Positions 38,050 through 49,125 are shown, numbered from the stretch's first letter. The stretch: DNA of 64,000 bases from Thermodesulfobacteriota bacterium (GCA_034189385.1 JAXHVD010000004.1:96001-160000); one strand, 5' to 3'. Translations and numbers: made by a program. The notes: generated from the sequence alone by a model not told the origin.

Positions 38050-38935
38050 CGCAATGGCCCTTTTCAAGGTTACGGCCAAAAATGGGGACGACTTCCGCTC
38101 GGTCCTCTTTCACATGAGTAACCCTGACTTCGCCAATCTTGAGGCCTGGAACCAGATAGACTTTATCACCTTGGCCCCTTATCGGTTCGGCCCCTCCAAA
38201 GACCTCCAGCACATCTCCAGTGGCAAGCCCGGCATCCTTGCCTGTCGAAAGGGTCAACCTTTTGCCGGAGTCTGCAACAAGATACCCCTTCCAAGGTTCT
38301 TTGGCTAAACGCTTGCATACGAGCTTCACTGTCTTTGAGATGATCTTGGAGAGGAGGGGGCGTGCCATCGCCTCATTGTAACTGCCTGTATTTTTTGCTT
38401 CTTTCCAAACTCCTTCTGGAATCTCCACTTCATCAATGACCATCTCATCAAAGAGAATGGCGGTAGTCTCCGTATCATAGCACCTTACGCGGAAAGAGGC
38501 CCGCACGAGCGTTCGTGTTTGCCTGAATCCCCAGATGCCACGCTTTGCGGTGTTATACTCGATGTCCACAATGCTTTGTTCCAGTACCGCGCCAAGACCA
38601 TAGATCCTGCCAAGGTTCCCAAGGGTCATGGTGTCGATCCGATCTGAAAGACGATGGGGAATCTCTTTCAGGGCCTTTTGGACTTCTCGGGAATCTATGA
38701 TGATAATGCCGTCACAGTGTCTGGAGAGAGATTTCATTAACTGGTTGTGGGCCGCCACCTGGAAATCGTCCCCTCCAAAACCAGAGTCGTTTATGCTGGC
38801 CATGAAAGCTATCTTCTTTTTCAAGGCCCCTCCCTTGCCCATAATGTCCGCACCTATCTTATGGGCGGTGGCGCAACCGGCTACCGACAAAAGGCACACA
38901 AACAAGGCAGCTATTATACGGGTACTCTTCCCCAC
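38033..38935 (-). CDS. Lipoprotein (CsgG/FlgT-like architecture)
   Basis: Lipobox VAGC; C-terminal GKDAGLATGDVLEV. Confidence 0.65.
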   Translation of the reverse strand: MGKSTRIIAALFVCLLSVAGCATAHKIGADIMGKGGALKKKIAFMASINDSGFGGDDFQVAAHNQLMKSLSRHCDGIIIIDSREVQKALKEIPHRLSDRIDTMTLGNLGRIYGLGAVLEQSIVDIEYNTAKRGIWGFRQTRTLVRASFRVRCYDTETTAILFDEMVIDEVEIPEGVWKEAKNTGSYNEAMARPLLSKIISKTVKLVCKRLAKEPWKGYLVADSGKRLTLSTGKDAGLATGDVLEVFGGAEPIRGQGDKVYLVPGLKIGEVRVTHVKEDRAEVVPIFGRNLEKGHCVKLKP

Positions 38936-39086
38936 TATGATGCTTATCCCCTATGTTTTGTCGTCTAGGAAATGGGAACGAACTCGCAAGGAGTCTCCCC
39001 CGCTTTCCCTTCTCCAGTCCAGCGGCCTTTCTTATACCCTGAACGGTTACGAAGCAAGGTGAAACTTCGGTGAGGCTCCTCAATGG

Positions 39087-39509
39087 TCACATCTGGCCGG
39101 CGACCTCGTCCTTGTAAACTACCCTTGCAGTCGTCGTGATACCTCCTCGCGCTGAAAAAGTACCCACGACCTCCATAAATTTGGGTTTGAGTACACCAAC
39201 AAGGTCCTCCAAGATGCGATTGACCACGTGCTCATAAAAGATGCCCACACTGCGATATTGGAGCAGATAATACTTGAGGGACTTCAATTCAACGATCTTG
39301 TCCTTGGGTGTGTACCTTATGGTAATACGCCCAAAATCTGGGAGGCCTGAAATGGGGCAGACAGAGGTGAATTCCGGTTGGTCTATCTTAATCTCAATGT
39401 CCCTTTCTGCGAAATAGGGGTAATCGAGTACTTCAAGGACGTCTGAAACCACTGTGTCAGCCAGTTCAATTTTCGCCAACACTTTTTCCCGCATATCTGA
39501 CACGTCCAT
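39087..39509 (-). CDS. queF: 7-cyano-7-deazaguanine (preQ0) reductase
   Basis: PEFTSVCPISGLPDFG, ELKSLKYYL, FYEH, ARGGI. Confidence 0.93.
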   Translation of the reverse strand: MDVSDMREKVLAKIELADTVVSDVLEVLDYPYFAERDIEIKIDQPEFTSVCPISGLPDFGRITIRYTPKDKIVELKSLKYYLLQYRSVGIFYEHVVNRILEDLVGVLKPKFMEVVGTFSARGGITTTARVVYKDEVAGQM

Positions 39510-40602
39510 GTGGGCTCCTTTCCGCACCTGCCTGCCAATGAAAACGGTCCGGCTCAGCTTTCTCTTGAATGCCATCCCTTTTCGCACGGAGTTGTCCACA
39601 GGCCGCACGAATGTCGGCACCCTTGCTTCGCCGGATGGTGGCGGTGTAGTGACGATCTGTGAGAACCTTCTGGAAGGCCAATATCTGGGCCTCTTCCGGT
39701 CTCTTGAACGGACTTCCTGCAAAGGGATTAAAGGGTATAAGGTTGATTTTGGCCCGCAGGGGCCTCAGGAGCCTTGCCAGTCGTTTTGCATCTTCGAGCC
39801 CGTCATTTACACCGCAAATCAAGACATATTCGATGGTAATCATCCTACCCGAGGGGAGGGGAAACCTGCGGCAGGCCTCGAGGAGTGTCTCAATGGGGTA
39901 GGTTCTGTTGACGGGCATCACTTGGTCTCTCGTCTTGTTGTCCGCAGCGTTGAGAGAAACGGCCAGGTTCACCCTCACGTCCCGGCCAAGCTGATGTAGC
40001 TGGGGAACCAGGCCGGCGGTAGAAATGGTGACGCGACGATTGGAAAACTGAAGGCCATTAGCGCTCGTGATGGTACCAAGGGCCTGGACCACGCTGTGAT
40101 AATTGGCAAGGGGTTCTCCCATCCCCATGAACACAACATTGGTGATAGGGTCGCGGTGTCCGTGGTCATCTTGAACAGTGCAGACCTGGCCAATGATCTC
40201 GGCAGGCTCCAAGTTACGCACGAGGCCCCCGCGACCAGTGAGGCAGAGTTTGCACCCCATGGCACACCCCACTTGGCTAGAGACGCAAAGCGTCCAATGC
40301 CCCCGTTCAGGAATGGCAACGGTTTCGATACAATGGCCATCCTTGAGGCCAAATAGGTATTTCTTTGAACCGTCCATAGAGGCCTGGACTCTTATGGGCT
40401 TGAGGCGACCGATGGTGAGTCTTTCAGAAAACCACTGCCTTAAATCCTTGGAGAGGTCTGTCATCTGAAAGAAGGACCGAACCTTTCTATGGTATATCCA
40501 CCTCATGACCTGACCGGCCCGATAGGCCTCGATGCCGTGCTCTTGAAACCAATCAATGAGCCCTTGGTCGCTGAAGTTTGTTATGTCCAGTCGGGCAGAC
40601 AT
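39466..40602 (-). CDS. rlmN: Dual-specificity RNA methyltransferase RlmN
   Basis: CVSSQVGCAMGCKLC, MGMGEP, AACGQL. Confidence 0.96.
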   Translation of the reverse strand: MSARLDITNFSDQGLIDWFQEHGIEAYRAGQVMRWIYHRKVRSFFQMTDLSKDLRQWFSERLTIGRLKPIRVQASMDGSKKYLFGLKDGHCIETVAIPERGHWTLCVSSQVGCAMGCKLCLTGRGGLVRNLEPAEIIGQVCTVQDDHGHRDPITNVVFMGMGEPLANYHSVVQALGTITSANGLQFSNRRVTISTAGLVPQLHQLGRDVRVNLAVSLNAADNKTRDQVMPVNRTYPIETLLEACRRFPLPSGRMITIEYVLICGVNDGLEDAKRLARLLRPLRAKINLIPFNPFAGSPFKRPEEAQILAFQKVLTDRHYTATIRRSKGADIRAACGQLRAKRDGIQEKAEPDRFHWQAGAERSPHGRVRYAGKSVGEN

Positions 40603-40715
40603 GGGATGATGAGGCCCCCTAGCTGGAATGCACAGAAAAAATATTTTCTTGACATATGAAATGACTGAAAATAATTAGTATAGGTTTATAACGTTCCAAG
40701 AGACATGGAGACGCC

Positions 40716-42044
40716 GTGTTTGAAAATCTTACTGACAAACTGAACGCCACCTTCAAGAAACTCAAAGGGCATGGCAAGCTCACTGAAAGCAACATTGACG
40801 CCGGACTGAAAGAGGTGCGGATCGCCTTGCTTGAAGCCGACGTCCATTACAAGGTCACAAAGCAGTTCCTGGCATCCATCAGGCAGCGGGCCATCGGCCA
40901 GGAAGTGCTAGCTAGCCTTACACCAGGACAGCAGGTTGTCAAGATTGTTAATGAGGAACTGGCCCGTCTTATGGGCAGTACGCACGAAGGGCCCACTTTA
41001 ATTGGCCGACCTGCCTCGATCATGTTGGTGGGCCTGCAAGGTTCAGGAAAGACTACCACAGCAGGCAAATTGGCCAAGTTTCTCATGGAGAAAAACCGCA
41101 GGCCTTATCTGGTGCCGGCCGATATTTACAGGCCGGCGGCCATTGACCAGCTCAAGACGCTGGCCAAGAAACTGGACGTGGGGGTCTTCCCATCTGTCCA
41201 GGACATGGACCCAGAAGATATTTGCAGAAAGGCCGTCCAAAAGGCCCGTGAAGAGGGTTTTGATACCCTTCTGATGGACACGGCCGGGCGCCTTCACATT
41301 GATGAGGCCCTCATGGACGAGCTGGCACGCATCAAGGAGTCCGTTCAACCTTCTGACATCTTGCTCGTAGCCGATGCCATGACAGGGCAGGATGCTGTGA
41401 ATATGGCCAAGGCCTTTAACGATGCGTTGGACATAGGCGGTGTTATCCTCACAAAGATGGACGGCGATGCGCGGGGTGGGGCGGCTATTTCCATCCGGGC
41501 CATGACGTCAAAGCCCATCAAGTTTGTTGGTGTGGGGGAGAATCTGGACGCCCTGGAGCCCTTTCATCCCGACCGGATGGCATCTAGGATTCTGGGGATG
41601 GGAGACATGCTTTCTCTTATTGAGAAGGCCCAGAGTGCCGTGGATGAGAAGAAGGCTCTGGAACTTGAAAAGAAGCTTAGAAAAAGTCAGTTTACCCTGG
41701 AAGACTTCCGAGATCAAATGGCCCAAGTCAGAAAGATGGGGTCCCTAGAAGACATTCTGGCCATGATCCCGGGGATGGGTAAGCTCAAACAGATGAAGCA
41801 GTTCAAAGTAGATGAAAGGGAGTTGGTGCGCATTACAGCCATCATTGACTCTATGACGGCTCAAGAGCGACAGAAGCACCAGATCATTAACGCAAGTCGG
41901 CGAAAACGGATTGCTAAGGGCAGCGGAACGACGGTCCAACAGGTGAACCAGCTGCTGAAAAGCTATATCCAAGTGCTTAAGATGATGAAGAAATTGAATA
42001 AGGGCGGCTTTAAGGCCTTTGGCCGTGGAGGGCTGCCGATTTAA
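40716..42044 (+). CDS. ffh: Signal recognition particle protein
   Basis: GLQGSGKTT, DTAGR, TKMDGDARGG, M domain. Confidence 0.97.
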   Translation: MFENLTDKLNATFKKLKGHGKLTESNIDAGLKEVRIALLEADVHYKVTKQFLASIRQRAIGQEVLASLTPGQQVVKIVNEELARLMGSTHEGPTLIGRPASIMLVGLQGSGKTTTAGKLAKFLMEKNRRPYLVPADIYRPAAIDQLKTLAKKLDVGVFPSVQDMDPEDICRKAVQKAREEGFDTLLMDTAGRLHIDEALMDELARIKESVQPSDILLVADAMTGQDAVNMAKAFNDALDIGGVILTKMDGDARGGAAISIRAMTSKPIKFVGVGENLDALEPFHPDRMASRILGMGDMLSLIEKAQSAVDEKKALELEKKLRKSQFTLEDFRDQMAQVRKMGSLEDILAMIPGMGKLKQMKQFKVDERELVRITAIIDSMTAQERQKHQIINASRRKRIAKGSGTTVQQVNQLLKSYIQVLKMMKKLNKGGFKAFGRGGLPI

Positions 42045-42062
42045 GGAGGAATCAACTCGCAT

Positions 42063-42323
42063 ATGTCTGTAAAAATCAGATTGGCCAGGTATGGCGCAAA
42101 GAAGAGGCCCTTTTATCGTATTGTTGTGGCTTCTACTGATGCCCCTCGAGACGGCAGGTTTCTGGAACTGGTGGGAACATATAATCCACTGAATCAGCCT
42201 GCTGCCGTTCGTATCAAGGAAGATCGGATTAAGGCATGGATTGAAAGGGGGGCCATCCCGAGTGCTACGGTCAGGAGTTTATTGAAAAAGGAAGGTTTTT
42301 TTTCAAAAGCAGAAAACTTGTAA
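42063..42323 (+). CDS. rpsP: 30S ribosomal protein S16
   Basis: [22 protein letters not shown]. Confidence 0.97.
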   Translation: MSVKIRLARYGAKKRPFYRIVVASTDAPRDGRFLELVGTYNPLNQPAAVRIKEDRIKAWIERGAIPSATVRSLLKKEGFFSKAENL

Positions 42324-42396
42324 GAGGATCTTTCCAAGCCAACGTAACCTTTGTCGGTGTCGCTATGCTCTTTTGACGGCGTGAGGAGGTCGGGAG

Positions 42397-42627
42397 ATGA
42401 AGGATCTGGTCAAGTACATTGCTAAAGCGCTGGTGGATCATCCTGAGGCGGTGGAGGTTTCCGAAGTCGAAGGTGAACAGACGTCGGTTATTGAGCTGAA
42501 AGTGGCTAAGGATGACCTCGGAAAGATCATTGGCAAGCAGGGTCGCACTGCCCGTGCCATACGCACGATTTTGGGGGCGGCTTCTGCGAAAATCAAGAAA
42601 AGGTCTGTCCTGGAAATCATGGAGTAG
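42397..42627 (+). CDS. khpA: KH-domain RNA-binding protein
   Basis: [17 protein letters not shown]; conserved operon position. Confidence 0.92.
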   Translation: MKDLVKYIAKALVDHPEAVEVSEVEGEQTSVIELKVAKDDLGKIIGKQGRTARAIRTILGAASAKIKKRSVLEIME

Positions 42628-42633
42628 GATACC

Positions 42634-43149
42634 ATGAGTGGAAATGCCCTCATCCCTGTGGGCAAGATCGTGGGTACCCACGGGATCAAGGGCTACCTTA
42701 AGGTCTTTCCCTACGCTGAATCTTTGGATCTGCTTTCCCCAGGTGAGGACCTGGTCCTTACCCGTCAAGGGAAGATCCTTGCCACCTTTCGAATAAGGTC
42801 TGCCCGTCCGCATAAGCGTGTCATCCTTCTTGCCCTAGAGGAGATAGCTTCTATTGACGCAGCAGAGGAGTGGATAGACTGCCAGCTTTGTGTAGACATG
42901 GCCGCCCTGCCTGAACCTGAAGAAGGCAGTTACTACTGGCACCAGATCATGGGCATGGAGGCCTTTACCTTGGACAACCGACGGTTGGGTCGCGTGGAGG
43001 CCATTATACCCACGGGAAGCAATGATGTTTATGTGGTCCGAAACGGCAAAAAGGAGGTGTTGATACCGGCCATCGATTCGGTGGTGGTAGATATTGATCT
43101 GAACGAAAAGGTCTTGCGATTGGATCTTCCTGAGGGACTGGAAGATTGA
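42634..43149 (+). CDS. rimM: Ribosome maturation factor RimM
   Basis: GKIVGTHGIKG, YYWHQI, GSNDVY, LIPAI. Confidence 0.95.
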   Translation: MSGNALIPVGKIVGTHGIKGYLKVFPYAESLDLLSPGEDLVLTRQGKILATFRIRSARPHKRVILLALEEIASIDAAEEWIDCQLCVDMAALPEPEEGSYYWHQIMGMEAFTLDNRRLGRVEAIIPTGSNDVYVVRNGKKEVLIPAIDSVVVDIDLNEKVLRLDLPEGLED

Positions 43150-43153
43150 CAGA

Positions 43154-43918
43154 ATGAACTTCACCGTTCTGACCTTGTTCCCGGAGATGTTCGCCTCCCT
43201 CGTGGTGGGAGGCATTATCAAACGCTCCGTTGAAAACAAGCGGATATCCATTCAGACCATCGACATCAGAGACTTTGCCTCAAATCGCCATCGGACCGTG
43301 GATGATCGCCCCTACGGGGGAGGATGCGGCATGGTGATGAAACCGGAGCCCATGGCCGGGGCCATCCGGCATGCCCAAGAAAGGCATCCTGAGGCCTTTA
43401 CCCTCCTGCTCACTCCTCAGGGCCGTCTCTTTGACCAGGCCCTGGCCCGCGAACTGGCAGGGTGTGGGGGGCTTATTCTTATCTGTGGGCGATATGAGGG
43501 CGTTGACGAACGGATCCGTGAGAATCTAGTTGATGAGGAACTATCGGTGGGAGACTATGTGCTTACCGGTGGTGAATTGGCCGCCATGTTGGTGATCGAT
43601 GCCGTAAGTCGACTCCTTCCTGGCGTGCTGGGAAACGAAGCATCAGCGCAAGAAGAATCCTTTTCAACAGGCTTGCTGGAATATCCACAGTACACCCGAC
43701 CCAGCTCTTTTGAGGGGAGGCAGGTGCCCGATACCCTCGTTTCCGGCAACCACGGGGCCATCAGGAAGTGGAGGCGAGAGGCTTCGCTGATCCGGACATT
43801 CCTCAAGAGGCCTGATTTGCTGTTGGACCTGCCACTGACATCAGAGGACATGAAGGTGCTGGAAAGACTCCAACAGGAGCTCCAGGCCATTATAGAAAAG
43901 CATTCGACCCCATTTTGA
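43154..43918 (+). CDS. trmD: tRNA (guanine37-N1) methyltransferase
   Basis: VDDRPYGGG, CGRYEGVDER, SVGDYVLTGGE. Confidence 0.97.
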   Translation: MNFTVLTLFPEMFASLVVGGIIKRSVENKRISIQTIDIRDFASNRHRTVDDRPYGGGCGMVMKPEPMAGAIRHAQERHPEAFTLLLTPQGRLFDQALARELAGCGGLILICGRYEGVDERIRENLVDEELSVGDYVLTGGELAAMLVIDAVSRLLPGVLGNEASAQEESFSTGLLEYPQYTRPSSFEGRQVPDTLVSGNHGAIRKWRREASLIRTFLKRPDLLLDLPLTSEDMKVLERLQQELQAIIEKHSTPF

Positions 43919-44490
43919 CCGGTTTAGACAGCAACCTCTACCTGGCTCTCGTACACCATCCGGTGTACAACAAGAATGGAGAGGTGATTGCTTCGGCAGT
44001 CAGCAACCTGGATCTGCATGATATATCGAGGGCAGCCAAGACCTACGGCGTGGGGGCCTTCTATGTGGTGACTCCACTGAGAGACCAGCGCGAGTTGGTC
44101 CGAAGAATCGTATCTCACTGGACGGAGGGCCTGGGGGCAGCATACAATCCTGACCGGCGAGATGCTTTGCGCCTCCTTCGGATTGTGGCGTCCCTGGATG
44201 CTGCACTGGATGAGATTTCAGCCTCTGGACTGGGCAGGCCCCTCACCGTCGCTACGGACGCCAGGCCGTACGCCGGAAGGATCAGCTACAAAGGGTTGCT
44301 AGAGAGATTGAAATCCCGGCGTCCCCTCTTGCTCATGTTCGGGACAGCGTGGGGATTGACACAAGAATTCATAGAGAAAGCCGATTGTGTTCTGGCTCCT
44401 ATTAAGGGGCCTACAGTCTATAATCATCTGTCAGTCCGGTCTGCAGCAGCCATTGTCCTTGACAGGCTCTTGGGGACTGAGAGATTGTGA
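43915..44490 (+). CDS. SPOUT-family RNA methyltransferase (TrmD-associated)
   Basis: [28 protein letters not shown]. Confidence 0.88.
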   Translation: MTGLDSNLYLALVHHPVYNKNGEVIASAVSNLDLHDISRAAKTYGVGAFYVVTPLRDQRELVRRIVSHWTEGLGAAYNPDRRDALRLLRIVASLDAALDEISASGLGRPLTVATDARPYAGRISYKGLLERLKSRRPLLLMFGTAWGLTQEFIEKADCVLAPIKGPTVYNHLSVRSAAAIVLDRLLGTERL

Positions 44491-44504
44491 GTTTGGAGGA
44501 AAAC

Positions 44505-44852
44505 ATGGAAGCGATTAGGGCATTGGAAAAGGAACAGATGCGTTTTGATCTGCCGGCTTTTAGGGCTGGTGATACGGTGAACGTCCACGTCAAGATTAGA
44601 GAAGGCGACAAGGAACGTATTCAGGTGTTTAAAGGGGTCGTGATCAGGAAGCGCCGGGGGGCAACCAATGCCACCTTTACGGTGCGGAAGATCTCTTATG
44701 GGATTGGCGTAGAACGCATCTTTCCCATCCATTCTCCCAATATCGACAAGATCGAAGTCGTAACGCGTGGGCGTGTCCGTCGCGCTCGCCTCTATTATCT
44801 AAGAAAACTAAGAGGCAAGGCTGCTCGGATCAAGGAACTGCGCCCCCGCTAG
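44505..44852 (+). CDS. rplS: 50S ribosomal protein L19
   Basis: [24 protein letters not shown]. Confidence 0.97.
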   Translation: MEAIRALEKEQMRFDLPAFRAGDTVNVHVKIREGDKERIQVFKGVVIRKRRGATNATFTVRKISYGIGVERIFPIHSPNIDKIEVVTRGRVRRARLYYLRKLRGKAARIKELRPR

Positions 44853-44991
44853 GCGCTACAGCTTTCTCTGGCCCCAAGAACCATCGGCTCTCGTGCTGTG
44901 TCTGGGAGGGTGTTCATGATCATGACCTGTGCTGTGAGTGAAGATTGCCAGCAGGCCTTTTGAACCGCCTTTTTTGGATCACAAAGTGGAG

Positions 44992-45630
44992 ATGGATACC
45001 AATAGGTTTGAGAAAAGGGCCCGGGAACAGGGGTTCTCGATCATTGCCGGCGTGGATGAGGCAGGGAGAGGCCCGCTGGCGGGCCCGGTGGTCTCGGCTG
45101 CCGTCATCCTCCCTGAAAGGGTCTGTCTGGAGCACCTAGATGATTCTAAACGTTTGAGCCCGGCAAGGCGAGAACAGCTTTTTGAGGCCATTTATGAGCA
45201 GGCCATCTCAGTGGGGATAGGTCTTGTTGACCCTCCAGAAATAGACCGTATCAATATCCTTCAAGCAGCCCTCCTTTCCATGGCCATAGCGATAACCAAT
45301 CTTCGACCAACCCCGGAGTATTTGCTTGTAGACGGGACCTTTCCAGTAAAATCCACCCTGCCCCAAAAGCCCGTGACGCACGGAGACCGACGATCTTCGT
45401 CTATCGCCGCTGCCTCCATCGTCGCCAAGGTGACGCGAGACAGACTCATGAGGCTTTACGACGATGAGTTTCCAGGGTTTGGCTTCGCCAAGCATAAGGG
45501 GTATGGCACGAAGGCCCACCGCGCTGCTATTCGCACCCTTGGGTATTGTCCCATACATCGCAAGACTTTCCGAGGTGTAAAGGAATATGTGGAGGGCCTT
45601 CCTGGACAGGCTTGTTGGGCCAATGTCTAA
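44992..45630 (+). CDS. rnhB: Ribonuclease HII
   Basis: GVDEAGRGPLAGP, DSK, AASIVAKVTRD. Confidence 0.96.
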   Translation: MDTNRFEKRAREQGFSIIAGVDEAGRGPLAGPVVSAAVILPERVCLEHLDDSKRLSPARREQLFEAIYEQAISVGIGLVDPPEIDRINILQAALLSMAIAITNLRPTPEYLLVDGTFPVKSTLPQKPVTHGDRRSSSIAAASIVAKVTRDRLMRLYDDEFPGFGFAKHKGYGTKAHRAAIRTLGYCPIHRKTFRGVKEYVEGLPGQACWANV

Positions 45631-46027
45631 AAATCAACCGTGCCCCAGACGAGACGAGAGCGTCGATAATCGCCAACATACGGGAAAACGAGGAGAGTCT
45701 CTTGCAGTGCAGGTCTTGAAAAAAAGTGGATACAAGATTGTCGAACAGAACTATAGATCCAAGTTGGGCGAAATTGATATCATCGCCAAAGAGGCGGGCG
45801 TTCTGGCCTTTGTGGAGGTGAAGGCGCGGCGGACAAACCAGTTTGGAGGCCCAAAGCAGGCCATCACGCCTCGCAAACAACGGAAGATGTCCATGGTCGC
45901 CCTTGAATATCTAAAACAGACCGGCCAGATGGCAGAAAGGGCCCGTTTTGATGTGGTGGCTATCCACCTGACGCCAGGCCAGCCGGATGTCGAAATCATC
46001 AAGAATGCCTTTGAGCTCGCCTACTGA
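45623..46027 (+). CDS. YraN-family protein
   Basis: GEIDII..LAFVEVKAR..RFDVV. Confidence 0.92.
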   Translation: MSKNQPCPRRDESVDNRQHTGKRGESLAVQVLKKSGYKIVEQNYRSKLGEIDIIAKEAGVLAFVEVKARRTNQFGGPKQAITPRKQRKMSMVALEYLKQTGQMAERARFDVVAIHLTPGQPDVEIIKNAFELAY

Positions 46028-46877
46028 GACTCCTTCTCCCGCCTCTGGGACGCTCTTTGTTGTGGCCACCCCCATTGGGAACATGGAAGACATTACCCTT
46101 CGTGCCATCCGCACCTTGAAAGAGGTAGACCTGATTGCTGCTGAGGATACGAGGCATTCCCGGAAACTCTTGAGCCGCCATGAAGTCTCCACCCCCCTTG
46201 TCTCGTACCATGACCACAACAAGGAAAAACGCGCCCCTGAGCTGTTAAAAAGGCTCAAGGAAGGAACCTCCATTGCCCTTGTCACGGATGCGGGCACCCC
46301 CTCCATCTCAGATCCAGGCTATTACCTTGTTCGGAAGGCTATCGAGCAGTCCCTGCCTGTGGTGCCCATTCCTGGAGCATCGGCCTTGATTGCCGCTTTG
46401 AGCGTGTCGGGCCTTGCCACCGATAGCTTCGTGTTCATCGGCTTTGTCCCAAGGAAATCGGCAAAGCGCAGACAATGGCTAGATCGGCTACGATACGAAC
46501 CTCGCCCCCTCATTCTCTATGAGTCTCCCAAAAGACTCCTTGGTTTGATGCAAGACATACTGAACATTATGGGGGACCGTCACACGACAATAGCCCGGGA
46601 ACTGACCAAGCTTCACGAAGAGATCCTCAGAGGGCCGTTGAGCCAGTTGTTGGAAGAGATGTCACGGCGCGATCCTGTCAAGGGCGAGTGTACATTGCTG
46701 GTGGCAGGATATGAAAAGAAGAGGGAGATCGATCTTGGTGCCTTACGGGACCGCCTCAGGCTTCTGGGTCAGGAAAAAGACCTGTCTTTGTCAGATATGG
46801 TAAAGGAGGTAGCCAAAGAGTGGGACCTCCCCAGAAAGGTAGTCTATGAAGAAGCCCTAAAACTGAAAGGGAAATAG
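46005..46877 (+). CDS. rsmI: 16S rRNA C1402 2'-O-methyltransferase
   Basis: VATPIGN, AEDTR, DAGTPSISDPG, YESP, RELTK. Confidence 0.95.
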   Translation: MPLSSPTETPSPASGTLFVVATPIGNMEDITLRAIRTLKEVDLIAAEDTRHSRKLLSRHEVSTPLVSYHDHNKEKRAPELLKRLKEGTSIALVTDAGTPSISDPGYYLVRKAIEQSLPVVPIPGASALIAALSVSGLATDSFVFIGFVPRKSAKRRQWLDRLRYEPRPLILYESPKRLLGLMQDILNIMGDRHTTIARELTKLHEEILRGPLSQLLEEMSRRDPVKGECTLLVAGYEKKREIDLGALRDRLRLLGQEKDLSLSDMVKEVAKEWDLPRKVVYEEALKLKGK

Positions 46878-47097
46878 TCTTCACGAAGTGGACCCAAGTC
46901 CTTGTATTTTAGAATTATCTGAATATCTTGCCTACCACAACAAGGGGTTTCCGTACAAAGCAAACAGGACCCCATGGCCACCCTATTATTCTATTGACCC
47001 ACCGACAATTTCCCTACTATATAGAGTTAGGGTCCCGCCTATCTCCCTGATAGTTGGCCGATTTAGCGAGAGCGAACATGGGCAAGCAGGAGGTGCC

Positions 47098-47586
47098 ATG
47101 CCTATCTATGAGTTCTATTGCGAAGACTGCAATACCATATTCAGCTTCTTCTCAAGGTCTGTGAATACCACCAAGAGACCCCTTTGCCCTTCCTGCAAAA
47201 AAAGGAAATTGAAGAGGCAAATGTCCCGTTTTTCCAGACTCAAGGGGGCAAAGGAAGAAAGTGATGTGGATGATTTGCCCATAGACGAGGCAAAGATGGA
47301 AAAGGCCATGGGCCTCTTGGCCCAGGAGGCCGAGGGGATCAATGAGGATGATCCACGTCAGGCCGCCGATTTGATGCGTAAGTTTACGGAGGCCACAGGG
47401 GCGAGTCTTGGGCCCGGCATGGAGGAGGCCCTGAGGAGGATGGAAGCTGGAGAAGACCCAGACCAGATCGAAGCGGAACTGGGCGACCTCATGGAAGAAG
47501 AGGAGCCCTTTGTGTTTGGTGAAAAAAGAGGGGGGCGGGCAAAAAGGACCACACCTCGCCGGGATGAGACGCTGTATGACCTTTAG
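47098..47586 (+). CDS. FmdB-family zinc-ribbon protein
   Basis: MPIYEFYCEDC...CPSC after GGAGG. Confidence 0.88.
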   Translation: MPIYEFYCEDCNTIFSFFSRSVNTTKRPLCPSCKKRKLKRQMSRFSRLKGAKEESDVDDLPIDEAKMEKAMGLLAQEAEGINEDDPRQAADLMRKFTEATGASLGPGMEEALRRMEAGEDPDQIEAELGDLMEEEEPFVFGEKRGGRAKRTTPRRDETLYDL

Positions 47587-47767
47587 ATGAACGACAAGCC
47601 AATGGACCTAGTCCGTTCTTTTGGATCATCTCCAAAAGAGTTAAGCTGATCATGAGGGTTTCAGGGTTCAAGGTCGACCCAAGGTCTTTCTACTGTTTTT
47701 AAAGATCTTTCTATTTGGCGAAACCATCGGGATGCATCAACATCCTCGGCCCCTGGACCCCTTGCAT

Positions 47768-47905
47768 CTTTTTAAGGCAACAGCCGCAGTCTTTTCAAGG
47801 CGAACGCCGCTATCTTTTCAAGGCGAACGCCGCTATCTTTTCAAGGCGAACGCCGCTATCTTTTCAAGGCGAACGCCGCTATCTTTTTAAGGCAAAAGCC
47901 GCGGT
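47768..47905. repeat. 23-bp tandem repeat, 6 copies (4 identical)
   Basis: CTTTTCAAGGCGAACGCCGCTAT; no spacers. Confidence 0.92.
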
Positions 47906-48057
47906 CTTTGAACCCTCTTCTCCGACTTGATCGGAGAAGAACTTCTTTAACGGTGGCCAAGGGCTTTGGGGTAACGGAAGTCTGGGCCCCATGGCAAGGC
48001 AGGCGAGCAATCGGCAACGTATAGAGATTCAAAAGTGTTTTCGGGAAGTTCATTGCT

Positions 48058-48594
48058 ATGACCACGGAACAAGTGATCTTGAGAGGCCCTGACATCGACC
48101 GGATCCTGACCCGAATGACCCATGAGATCCTGGAAAAACACAGAGGGACGAAGAATCTCGTGCTCATTGGGATTAGGACAGGGGGGGTGTTTTTGGCAAA
48201 TCGGATAAGAGAAAAAATCCTTTCCATTGAGGGTGCCGATATTGCCAGGGGCGATCTGGACATCAACCTCTACAGAGACGATTGGACACGAATAGCCCAC
48301 CAACCTATCGTGCAGAAAACGGAATTGCCATTCTCTTTGGATGGTAAACAGGTCATCCTCGTTGACGATGTTCTGTTCACCGGTCGCACTGTCCGCGCGG
48401 CCATGGATGCCCTCATCGATTTTGGCCGTCCCGATCGGATTGAACTGGCCGTTTTTGTAGATCGCGGTCACCGAGAGTTGCCGATTGAGGCCAACTATGT
48501 GGGAAAGTGCATTGAGACCATCCATGACACCATGGTGAACGTCTATTTGAGGGAAACCACGGGGCGTGACGAGGTGGCAGTCACTTCACAATAG
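48058..48594 (+). CDS. pyrR: PyrR regulator/uracil phosphoribosyltransferase
   Basis: LDINLYRDD, LVDDVLFTGRT, DRGHRELPI. Confidence 0.95.
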   Translation: MTTEQVILRGPDIDRILTRMTHEILEKHRGTKNLVLIGIRTGGVFLANRIREKILSIEGADIARGDLDINLYRDDWTRIAHQPIVQKTELPFSLDGKQVILVDDVLFTGRTVRAAMDALIDFGRPDRIELAVFVDRGHRELPIEANYVGKCIETIHDTMVNVYLRETTGRDEVAVTSQ

Positions 48595-48767
48595 GATGGC
48601 AGTTTTGATGAATAGCCCTTTTGCGTCTTTTTCGTCCTTTGTGACCCTTTTCCGGTTGACAAAAAGGGTTTTTTTGTATATGCATCCCTTTGAAGTTCCC
48701 CCCGAAAGGCGTGCACCAAATCAGATAGTCTAATGTTACACTAACTTAACGAAAGGAGGGCGTTGGT

Positions 48768-49085
48768 ATGCCAACTGTTGAATTTGGAGGTAAATCCTTT
48801 ACTGTGGACGAGGACGGCTTTATTGATGATTATGCAAATTGGTGTCCAGAGTGGGTCCAGCATGTGAAGACAGTAGAGGGAATCGACGAACTGAATGATG
48901 AACATTGGAAGTGCGTCAAGTTCTTGCAGGAATACTATGAAAAGAACGGTATTGCTCCAATGGTCAGGATTTTTTCCAAAGTCACCGGTTTCAAACTGAA
49001 GCACATCTATGAGTTGTTCCCGTCTGGCCCGGGCAAAGGCGCGTGCAAAATGGCAGGTCTTCCTAAGCCGACTGGGTGCGTCTAA
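48768..49085 (+). CDS. dsrC: Dissimilatory sulfite reduction protein DsrC
   Basis: C-terminal LFPSGPGKGACKMAGLPKPTGCV with both conserved Cys. Confidence 0.93.
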   Translation: MPTVEFGGKSFTVDEDGFIDDYANWCPEWVQHVKTVEGIDELNDEHWKCVKFLQEYYEKNGIAPMVRIFSKVTGFKLKHIYELFPSGPGKGACKMAGLPKPTGCV

Positions 49086-49125
49086 GAAAAGAATTTGATG
49101 TTGCAAGAGAATTGAGATGTTCGAA

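Noticed and set aside
39466..39722. Extended N-terminus of QueF (211 aa)
   Set aside because: The extension overlaps rlmN; ATG 39509 has a proper AAGGAG SD and gives a typical QueF length.
47768..47905. Possible CRISPR array
   Set aside because: Units are contiguous with no unique spacers, and there are no cas genes in the window.
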